64,000 nt of DNA from Tubulanus polymorphus (Eukaryota > Animalia > Nemertea). Location of the stretch: contig NC_134026.1 of assembly GCF_964204645.1 (NCBI RefSeq), positions 15,844,150 through 15,908,149 of the forward strand, written 5' to 3'. Each line of letters begins with the position of its first letter. Positions within the stretch are counted from its first letter, which is position 1. The notes beneath the pieces are model-generated. The model had not been told where the DNA came from. It saw only the letters and a program-made list of their open reading frames with translations, and did not search any database. A program made the position numbers and the translations under genes. Below are positions 39,405 to 50,002 of the stretch, piece by piece.

Positions 39405-40390
39405 ACACATTAGATTATATAATTAGTTTAAATGGTAATATTACAATTGAAGAACAAGATAAATTATTAAAAGAATTAATTAATTATTAATTTTTTTAGT
39501 ATATAAATGGTAGATAGTTTTCCGAAAGCTTTTCAATAAAATAGATATATAAAAATATAATATTCAAGCAATAGATTTTAATAAAAAGATTACATACAGA
39601 AACGAAGTTTTAAATTCATTAATTGATTTAAATAATTATGTTACTGAAACTAATAAGTTTAATGTTAAGAAGGAAAATATATTTCATGTATATTTAATTA
39701 CTTCTAAAAAATTGAAAAAAGCAAAACAATGGTTATTAAAATCTAATATGAAGTATTGGCAGAACCAATTAAACTGCAGTTTATTGTGCAAAACGGGGTG
39801 TGGTATAAGTTGGATCGATCATTTTAATAAACTAAGTCTAAAATGAATATTATTAGTTTTTAGATTTCATACATATCTTCAAATAAGATTAATTAATCAA
39901 TCAAAAAAAAATACATTAGATTATATAATTAGTTTAAATGGTAATATTACAATTGAAGAACAAGATAAGTTATTAATAGAATTAATTAATTATTTTTTTA
40001 TTATATAAACGGTAGATTGTTTTCCAAAAGCTTTTCAATATATTAGATTAATTGAATATAATATTCCAGCAATAGATTTAAAAAAAACTATTTTATACAA
40101 ATATTTAGTTTTAAATTCATTAATTCATTTAGAAATTTATGTTACTGAAACAAATCTTTTTATTTCGAGAATGGAAAATATATTTGATACATATGAAATA
40201 CTTTTACTCGGGATGAATATAATATATATAAATTAAAATCTTATATGAAATATTGGCAGAATCAATTAAATTTTGCTGTTTATTGTGCAACAACAAGTTG
40301 TGGCATGAGTTAGAACAATCATTTAAATAACTTAGATACAGATTCAAATTATTCTGATTTAAAATTTATTCATACAATATTTAGATTATT
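39405..40390 (+). repeat. ~505-bp diverged tandem duplication inside the Maverick module
   Basis: acattagattatataattagtttaaatggtaatattacaattgaagaacaagataa occurs at about 39407 and 39913, with the following ORF duplicated. Confidence 0.85.
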
Positions 40391-42539
40391 GAAAGTGGAG
40401 AGCGGCCTGTTTCACCATTCAGCATAAATATGGGTGTACTGTTTCTTAAGTGTAAAATCCTTCTTAAGAAAACTACACGAATACCTCCAATTACATCTAA
40501 ATTACTAAACCCCCACACTTCACTCTCTGAAAAAAGGGTAATATGGTTTGGTCAAATAATTTTAATTGACCATCCGTGGGAGATTAAAATTGTAAATACG
40601 TGAATATAAAATAAACATTGCCTTCTTTGCTTGATTTACTAGATGATTTTTACTTCTAGCAGCGTTCGTAGCGAGTCTTACAAGTGCTTATTTTGAAAAA
40701 TAAATTGTAAGGGCTCTTAGTAGTGCTTATTTTTACTAAAATCTATTCAAAGTGCTTATAAGTACTTATATTTTGTGACTTTGGTGTGGTGGATACATTT
40801 TGTAATTCTGCTGGTCTGGTTAGAAATAGTTTGCCGACGTATGTATGTGCTTCACACACTCGACACTCAAACTGCTGCTGTGTGGTAATTGATCTAATAT
40901 TCACGATATTGCTTGCTACGCGAAGATGCGCCTATATATGTGACCTAGTTAAAGTTTTCATTCCAAGAAACTGGCTACCTTCCAACTAACAGCTGCCAAT
41001 CATTCTAGCAGCTGCAGCAGTTTAAGAATAAACCTGCCATGTGCTAGCGAGTCACGGAGAAAACTCATTACCATATATATCATCAAAGTTGAATATGCTT
41101 GTTACAGTGGTGTTGTGCACCAAAATTTCATCTTTATACGTTGTTGCAAATCCCAGGAACAAATCGATTTTTGTGCTAAGAGGTAAGTTGTACTCAGTTG
41201 AAGAAATGGAAAATTAAATTATCAAATACGAATCTATTTCTAATGATTGCCCGTTTACATTGAACATTTTTTATTGTAGAAAGTGCCGAAAGTGCACTCA
41301 AACTGTTTGTCGGGACAGAATTCTAATTCGATGAAATGTGCGCAAAATGCCGGATAGAACAAGTGGCATTAAAAGGAATCGCGACGTGGACTAACAACGA
41401 GGACTTGAATCTGATTTAAAGTTTGAATCAGTATCGTAATAAGGACTTGCTTTTTATTTGATTTCGTTCATCATTGTTTTGATCTCATTTTCACTTAGAG
41501 CTTATCATCTTTGTTATAATATCAGCACGTTTTTGAGCAGATTTTCTTATTACTTGAAACGCAACTCTTTAAACTGATTGAAATCTAGGATTAGACAATT
41601 GTGATCAACAGTTAAAACATGTATACATTGTCCTATTACAGTGCTAGCGTTAGATAACAGAGATGGATATACCCGTAATCAGATCACTGGACAGTCAGCT
41701 TCTGAGAATGAGCTGATTTTCCAATGAAAAAAAAAAAATCTCGCAAAATAAGTTTTGTGTGTATTTTTGTATGTATTCAAGTTAAATATTTAGCTGTTTT
41801 ATTAAATCCAACAATCTCCGTTAAGTCAAGTAATTAAACGTTGTCCAGAGCTAAAAAGCCACTAAATTTTCAATACACTGAATTGTCCATCTACTTATCA
41901 TTGATTTTTTGGGGGCAGTCCCCTATAGTTTATCTTTGTGCATTTTGAGCAACTGTATCTTACGAAACGATATGTCTGCATTTGCCCCTGGGCCGTGTCT
42001 CTTGATTTTCATATGATGATAATCCAACTGATGGATTGATAACAGCATTTTTGTTAACTTTTAAAATTTTGAAATTAAAAGTGTACATTTGATTCATTTT
42101 AAATTTCAAGTGTTCATTGTTTTACAGTGTAGGAAATTGAATTCTCCTCTCCTGATGTACGCATTGGATGTGAAAGGCGTACACAATTTCAGCAATACCG
42201 CATGTCACATACTGTTAAGTGCTTATATAAATTGTGTACGACTTTCACATCTGATGTGATTGGACCTTTTTTGTTCATTTTCCTTTCTGTTATCTTGAAA
42301 AGGAGTTTGAATGATATGAATATTTGTCTAGAATTGGCAATCTTCTGATATCTGCAATATGTCGTCCGATGACGTCTTCTTGATTTGCAAATATGACCAA
42401 TTGGTGATCTAATTTTGATGTCACAGCAATACATCATTTTGATATCTTAAAGACATCCACGTGTTTACTAGGAGATATTCAACATAACATCCTTGGGTGG
42501 TTTAATTTTTCATTTAGAATTTAGTCGTTTCCAGCGTAA

Positions 42540-43160
42540 CCGGTTTTTAACGATTTAATGGCATTCCAAAATTCTTCACCAGTTGTAGTATCAATAATGA
42601 AATGGTTTGACCCAACGTTTTCAAAGTGCACCTCAAGATATTCTCCATCGCGTTTATTAAGATCTCTGAAAAATTATAGAAATCCTGTAATTGTACCGGT
42701 GTTGTGGGTGTTTTAGGATTTAGACTATTTAAGCTTCCAGTACTTTTGAGGATCTTTTGTGCTCCATTTTGCACGCGCTTATATACTTATCTACATGGCG
42801 TTTAATAGTGCGTTTGTAGGCTCTGTTAGCTGCTTTAAGATTTGCTCGTGATAGCAATGAACCACTTCGTCTGTGTATGCGTCTAGCGAGGTGGTAATTA
42901 CGCCTACGCGTTACGGCACTCGGAGCCAAACCGTTTCCTATCATCCGGTTATGATTAGGTGACTTGCGATTCGGGCACGGTCCAAATGTTTTGGCACGAG
43001 CATGAAGAAAATAATTATTGGCTACCGAATTGGAGCATTTATTTATATAGTCTTTATCCTCCATCTGTGGCTGTTCGCGTATGAAATTAGCATAATCATC
43101 GATTTTTAAATCCAAAGAGTACAATTGCTCCCTACCATTCCGCCATGTGGGTTAACGGTT
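42540..43160 (-). mobile_element. LINE ORF2 fragment (endonuclease-RT linker), decayed
   Basis: Basic helical segment (RRNYHLARR..AANRAYKRTIKR) followed by QLQDFYNF; frameshifted. Confidence 0.55.
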
Positions 43161-45485
43161 TCTGGCTGACTGGGTAGTTGGTGGGGAATTGTTATCATTA
43201 TTCGTCACATTCCCGTGTTTCTGTGATGTCAACGTGAATGAGATGGGACGATGTATATCTGATAATATGTACGAAAATTCTAAAACGCTAAAACCGTTCA
43301 GGATTTCAAAGCATTTAGCTGACGTGATGACATAATCAACTACTGAAGCACTTTTGCATGAAAATTTACCGACATTACAATCTACTCCGATCCTACCATT
43401 TATAACATATAGATTACTATTTCTACACAGTTCTAAAAGTTTATTACAATGGTTATTGACCTTTCGGTCCTGGATTACACAAATGGGATGTTAAAACGGT
43501 CAAAAATCTCACTGGTATGACTCTCGTTTTCTTGTTCGATCATATTGACTACAAAGTCATCAAAATCTAAACAAGAAAATTAATTTTGATGAATTATTTG
43601 ACGCCTGCGAAAAAATTGTAGAATTTTTGGGATAAGCTAATGTGGAATTGCAAATTTGAAATCGAAGTTTTAAGAAATTTGGGGAATTATGAGATTTGGC
43701 GATTTGGTAGGTGATACAGGTCTTCGACTGTATAGTACTGGTTTAAGTTTTTTATTGAGAATTGTCAATATTTGATAACTTGCGACCGACTTCATTCACT
43801 TTTGCCTGTAAGCTGGTCTGCAACTTCATTGCCTCCATAGTTGAGGAAAGAGCTCTTCTGATGTCTGCTTCATCATGACATTAGAGCATATCGTGTGGCC
43901 CAGCCAGCTGGCCCGGACCGGTCGGTTTGGCTGTCACTCGATATATTCTTGAGTCTGGGTTGAAGTAGACAGTCATTTAAAATAACTTGTTTGAGTTATT
44001 GTGTATGAATTACGCGTGTGTCTTGAATGTTGTATTTTTAGGGTTTTCTGTTACATCACAGAAAACCCTATTGAGATTCGCGTGTTTCTTATTATTATTA
44101 TTTTATGTCACACTATTTTCACTAAAAGAACTAAGGCTTTGTTACCTTGCCGCTGTTGCCGATACAATCCGTATGACATCCTTCAGCTCACTGAGATCTA
44201 CAAATACTCCGCGTGTTTTTTCACGAATCATCGTTACAAAAGCACACTGTCGGGTAAACATCGAAAATTTAGCCGCATTCAATGGGGCGACATGTTTTTC
44301 GAGTCGTTATCCCGAAATCAACCCGCAGGCCGATTGTCACTTAGATTATCAATTCAAGTATAAATGAACTAATTTATTGCCGCAGACTTCACATTCAGCC
44401 GCGGTCTTCAAACAGTGATTTTTACAATAGCCCATTTTCCTCATCAAATCATATTACCGATACACTGGAAATTTACTACTTTAGATTTTAAAAGCACTGT
44501 CGAGCCGTAAACATCGACGAATCGACGTGTGTTACTACATCGTCGTTCCGGGGATCAGCCACGAGTTTCTCCTCATCATGAGAATTAAATCGAGTACAAA
44601 TTAATTTATTACTACCAGTGATTTGGCTGTGGGTTTCAAGGAGTTAGTTTAACAATACCTATTTTTCTTTACCGAATTAACCGTGTATTTACTAAGATAA
44701 AGATAAATCTTTAGTGTACCGGGGAATCGTAGGCCTAAACTAAACACGCCGAAGAGATATAGCGGAGAAAAGCTGTTATGTCGACGAGGTATCAAAATAA
44801 AAGAATATATTACTTTATTCGGCCGCGGGCTTCAACCTCTATATCAATACCATCAATACTCTATATTTCCTACAGTACATACCGATCATTGTCAAATGCA
44901 CAAGGTATTTACTAAATACAAGTATATAACACACTCCTATCCGTATGCTGGACTCACACTTGACATTCGGAGTAAGCGTTGGCTGTGGAGGAAAGGAGAT
45001 CGTTCGCTGCTTCGCTTGAAGATTTTATCGAGTTTTACGCGACCTTAAGGCTTAGGCCTACCGGAACTGACCTTTACTGTCTCAAACAAACACAGTATAA
45101 TTGTTGCGGTTATTAACGGACTCATTGGATTGAACTTCAAAACAAAATTTACGATATTTAGGAGGGTTGTTATTCAATACGCCTACGACCAATCTGTCCG
45201 GATGTTAGGCCTTCGCATATACATAGGCCTACATAGGCTAGTAGCCTCTACTAGGTTAAAGCTAAGTTCACTGTAAAGGAGGAATCAGATTTATTAAAAT
45301 GCATGTTAATTAGTGATTAACTGGTTCTGACTTGCAACGATCAATCATAATTATCAATTTTATTGGCAAAAATGAAGAGTTTTTTTGAAAATTTCGTCTG
45401 AGCAGACAGCTTTATAAGCCAGACTTTTCATTTGAGTTTTTTCATCATAAATGAAACAGGTATTTCATTAATTACTAATGACTTA

Positions 45486-45813
45486 TGCCAGACGTAGGTC
45501 GGCTTTGCGACGGCTTGTGACTCCCTGCGACGCCATTCACTGCGACCGCCAGCGACGATTGTGTCACAACGACTCATCGACCTACGCTCCCTTGTGACGG
45601 GTTGCGACTGTCAGCAACGCCAGTCACAAGGAGTCGTACGTGTTCTACTTTCTGCGACGCGACACGGCTGTCACAACCGACCTACGCGCTCTTGCGACTG
45701 GCAGAAACTAGTCGCACACAGTCGCTGACAATCGTATCGCAACCGACTTGCAGCGAAACTTGCGATGCAATGCGAGGATCGCATCGCGTCGCAAGGCCGA
45801 TCTACGTCCGGCT
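45486..45813. mobile_element. Harbinger-type MITE with TGCGAC repeats
   Basis: GCCAGACGTAGGTCGGC...GCCGATCTACGTCCGGCT; TTA TSD. Confidence 0.72.
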
Positions 45814-45849
45814 TTAAGTTACTGCGGAGCCCCAGAAATATCTTTTTTT

Positions 45850-46356
45850 CGTTCATAAGACCTTTCGCTTGAAAATCCTTTCTCCGGAACAAAATTTATT
45901 TCGTTCGAATCAATAATATTCTGTTCGATTGAACCAATTTGAAAAAATCGTTAGAACAAAGTTGAACAAACTTTTTTTTGTCCAAACGAAAGGTTTTCCG
46001 TTCGAACAATCATTCGATCGAACAGAATCGTTTCAATTTGAACAGAATTTTCATTCGAACAAGTATATTGTAAAAAGTTTTTTCTCCGAACCAAAAGTTT
46101 TAAGTATTTCGTTCAATCGAACAGAATTGTTTTCATTCAAACATTCGTTCCAAAAAAGTTGTTTTCGCTCAACCAAATTTTTTGCCGGGACAAAAAGTTC
46201 TTCATTTCAACAATAACATAACTTTTTATTCGAACACATTTTTGTCAGAATGAGGAAAAGTTTTGGTTCAAAAAAAGCGTATTGTTCGATCAAACAGAAC
46301 TGTTTTCATTCGAACAAGATTTCCTTGTCGGAACATTAAGTTTTTTGGTCGAACGG
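45850..46356. repeat. degenerate TTCGAAC/GTTCGA motif array
   Basis: Many dispersed ttcgaac/gttcga/gaaca motifs in both orientations; likely a subterminal array of a DNA transposon. Confidence 0.55.
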
Positions 46357-46944
46357 CGTGTTAAGGTCGTTTTGGAAATTTACTCGGTCTGGTATATTTT
46401 GGATTACTGTGTATGTCAGGACATTAAACAGAAGACGACTTAGGATACTACTTTGCGTGAATCCACTAGTTAGACCGACTTATTCCAAGATTCCGTTGAT
46501 TTCGGCTACAAGTTTTCGTTCAGAGATAACTGCTGAGCCATTTGAGCGACCTATCATTGATACCGTTTTCTAATAGCCTGTTTAGTAATGGCTGATGTTG
46601 AACCTTATCAAATGCTTTGTCGAAATCCACCGTTGAACAGGATTCAAGACTGTGCAGAAAACCCGTTATCGCTGCTATGCAGCTGTATTCTTATTTTAAA
46701 ATTTGTAACTTTACTGAATTTGGGAATTTTATCCCAGAATTTTATATGTAATAAGGATCAATATAGAATTGAATTGAATTATCACCTCATACACATGCCA
46801 TCAGAGGACGCCGTATATAACAGCTATGCTATCATAAATTGCTAATCTCATGAAACCTGCATACCCCTAATATCGAACATATTTTCTAAAACATTTGAAT
46901 ATTGAAATCATACGTTTACACATTTTTTTTTGACTGCACCGAAG

Positions 46945-47680
46945 GGTGTTGTTTTTTCGTTTCGTTAAGCTTATCAAACAACATTCTTCTCTTAATTAGG
47001 ATTTCCAGCGGATAATCTGCGACAATTCTGGTACTGTTGCTTACCGCAGTATTGTGCACACTGTAAACTAACTCGCGGTCAGAATAATCCCTGAATTTGG
47101 CAGTAATGGTTCGTGGGGTATTTTTGCCAGGATTACGGTGTATACGTTAGAAAACAATGTTATCTGTTCTCTCCATGCTTAGACCAAAGTTATCAGCCAG
47201 TTCTCGTTTTGCGACTCTGGTACCCCTAGGAACACAAGGTTGTCCCGACGAGATCTAGCTTAAAGGTTTATTAATTTTTCTTCTATAGCACTGATATTTG
47301 GGGTTTTCTTAATGTTCGATGTCACTCATTTTGGTAGTAAACTCGAGGCGGAGCTCATGTTATGCGTTGTCGACTTTGAAGTCCAGCGTTTGAACTTGTC
47401 TAGTTCATCTTTGAGAGCTGAGAATTTCTTGTCTGTTTTCATTTCTTGCGACCGTTTCACCCCTCTTATTTCACCCAGTAGGGGTCGCTGCTCTCGTCAC
47501 TTGCTTTCGGATAATTCTCGACAGGGATTGCTGTTTTCTTCTTAGGTGGAGTAGAACTGGATCATCCCCTAGAGACCTGCCTCTTGGTTTTTTTGCCGCT
47601 GCTCTGCTGTCGCCATTCGAGTCAGGGTCAGCACTATTTTTCTTGCCGCTTTTCTTACTGCTTGGTTTATTATCAGGCAT
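46945..47680 (-). pseudogene. LINE ORF1 remnant
   Basis: Basic N-terminus, coiled coil, SRRDNLVFLGVPE and IVADYPLEI..RR motifs; frameshifted. Confidence 0.7.
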
Positions 47681-48120
47681 ATTGTCAATAGATTGCAGAT
47701 TATTGTCAATAGATTGCACCGGTATACTTGGGTTCAGGTAACTCAGTTGGTGTGCAGTACACACGCTCAATCATGCGGAACGATATTTGTAGCATATGTC
47801 CCCGTGTATTCGGATCCCGAAATATAAATGACTTTTTCGGAAGCTTCTAGATATCTACAACATTCATGTAACAGTACAATTCCAACAGGTTGACAGGTCT
47901 AAAACCAGCGCTACTGTACGAGAGATAAATTTTCTGTAGACTCACACCGAGATTGTAGCCAGATCATCCCTCAAAATAATATGTAATTTTGCTCAAAATT
48001 TGGGAGATCCACAACGTCGCGATTATTGGATCGCCGCCATTTTATATAGTTTCCCTTTAAATTTAAGTGGCTGGTTTTATGTTGTATATTACCCCTAGCG
48101 TGTACTTTATGCTTACATGA

Positions 48121-48213
48121 TTAGGGTTTTCTGTTACATCATAGAAAGCCCTATTGATATTCGCATGATTTATTAGGGTTTTCTGTTTCTCCACTGAGAA
48201 CTCTATTGATATT
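48121..48213 (+). mobile_element. Helentron-type 5' end, duplicated in tandem; continues at 49689
   Basis: TTAGGGTTTTCTGTT..CCCTATTGATATTCGC occurs twice; same family as 44038. Confidence 0.7.
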
Positions 48214-49688
48214 CGGTATTCGAAAAACGCCTAATGAAAAACACCGAATCGGAAAACGCATAACGCCTAATTCCTAGAAATATCCAAGAAATTGACCCTA
48301 AATCCCTACGTGAACTATGTAATGCAAGAAACCGATACGGTCTTTTGCAATAAATTGGATTGAGATTTTTACGGTTGAAGAGCGCGTGGAGCATGATAGT
48401 TCAATAAAGAACTGACAATGAAAAAGGGTAACAGGTGACTGATATCACAGCGAATTTCAATTCCTATGAACACTTTTCATATAGTGAATTCTATACTAGA
48501 GTAAAAAAAAAAACTTGAAATATTAACGAAACAGTTTTTTTGACGGAAAAATCGTTACCATCGAAATTTCAAAAAATTTTTAATTTTAATGCCTTGGTGA
48601 CCACTGGTCTAGTACGCGGTTTTCTGAAACAAAAGTGGCCAAGTCTAAATAAAGAACAACTATTGTAACAAATGATTTCAATTATTAGGAGCCCAATGCG
48701 TTTAATGGTTTTATCGCGCTGATTGGTTGAAAGACGGGTGTTAGTCATCTTGTGATGTAATTGTTTTTAAGAATCAATTAACCATAGATTTGATCTTATC
48801 ATAACTTATTTGTAGGTGCTTCTCGCAAACATTTTCTATTCATTGAGTTTTCTAACGCAGTACTGTTCAGATGATTCGAGTCAAGCTTAGAGTCAAGTAG
48901 TAAAACAGTCGATACTCGAAAAACGCCTAATGAAATACACCGAATCGGAAAACGCATAACGCCTAATTCCTAGAAAATGACCTAATTTCGTAATTGCACC
49001 ATCTACTGAGACTCACAATCCAACTCATCAACGGAACAGTTTGAAAATACATGTGTTTTACGCTTCACGAAACGAGACTACTACTCTAATAAACTTCATT
49101 ATAGGATGATAGAATGTCCGCCGTGCAAGCAATTAATTACATAACGCCATAGAAGTGTAAACTGAAACAGTTTACACTTCTATGATAACGCGAAAACAAA
49201 CGCCGCGGTTATAAACCGGCTTTCTTGAATTTTGAAACCGCAATGCATAAATATGGTACAACCTACGCTCGTAGGTACAACGCACACAAAGACTGATAAA
49301 ATAGCCTTTCTCAAAATTATCCTCCAAAACTGTTCACAACCACGCTAATGTGAACCTACCGAACCAATGAGAGACTAAATAATGTCCAGCCCCTGAACTT
49401 CCTTGAACAAAAAATAATAAACTATTTGTTCCATATAAAAAATATGATGTCTTTTATTATCATAATACTCTGTCTTAATATGAAATAATAACACAGATAA
49501 GCCTGTGTAACCAAAGACAGTAGAAACGAAGATGGAACAGGCGGCGCTCCACGCACTCCGACGTGAACTATGTAGCGTTGCGTTCATTGTTCACGTAGGG
49601 ATTTAGGTCAATTTCTTGGATGTTACTTGAATTAGGCGTTATGCGTTTTCCGATTCGGTGTTTTTCATAGGGCGTTTTTCGAATACCG
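48214..49688. mobile_element. Mutator-like element
   Basis: TIR CGGTATTCGAAAAACGCC of more than 100 bp; 9-bp TSD ATTGATATT; extra internal TIR copy at about 48910-48985. Confidence 0.88.
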
Positions 49689-49769
49689 ATTGATATTCGC
49701 GTAATTTATTTCTTTTTTTTCCCTTTTCCACACTTTTTTCGTCTAAAGTACATGCTTTACCTTACCGCT

Positions 49770-50002
49770 CACTACGAAAGGGTTGTCATTATCGGTGATT
49801 TCAATGAAAATATGTTTCTGTCATCCACTGCAGATATATGCTGGAAACATTTGGATACGAACAATGGCTTACAGTACCAACAACTAATGCGGGTACCCTA
49901 GTCGATCATGTTTGTTTCACTGGTATTGCAAGACCACATTTTCAAATCATCCCAACATTCTATAGCCATCATGAAAAAGTTTCTTTGGGCTTCCACTGTT
50001 GA
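49770..50002 (+). pseudogene. AP-endonuclease C-terminal remnant (Helentron-type)
   Basis: VVIIGDFNEN, a frameshift, then GYEQWLTVPTTNAGTLVDHV..IPTFYSHH and a stop, with no RT downstream. Confidence 0.7.

Larger units (their letters stand above)
37901..40390 (+). mobile_element. degenerate Maverick/Polinton (adintovirus-like) structural-gene module
   Basis: Very AT-rich, intronless, closely packed ORF remnants: penton-like C-terminus (LEVRNHNGYLIDLNNFPVIYEL*), 38388 (GYTMLLKKVFK..RFDINDIFKL), 38630 (IGSAIVNALAFTGG..LSDYYTPS), 39073 (hydrophobic, gasderminX-like) and 39507 (NMKYWQNQLN..VYCA..GCG). Confidence 0.78.
44038..46689 (+). mobile_element. non-autonomous Helentron-type element
   Basis: 5' TTAGGGTTTTCTG..CAGAAAACCCTA hairpin; 3' subTIR CAGAAAACCC plus GCTGC-ta-tGCAGC stem-loop and TATT; inserted in a T-run; absent from copy 1. 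Confidence 0.72.
43590..46935 (-). repeat. copy 2 (inverted) of the block at 26545-29622
   Basis: See copy 1; interrupted by 44038-46689. Confidence 0.9.

Noticed and set aside
42130-42440. Possible piggyBac C-terminal cysteine-rich remnant (minus strand)
   Set aside because: Motif spacing is too degraded to support.
44038-44050. TTAGGG read as a telomeric repeat
   Set aside because: Single occurrence forming the hairpin end of a Helentron-type element.
43987-44367. Overlapping 126-aa and 120-aa ORFs
   Set aside because: They cross a repeat/insertion junction and carry no domain motif.
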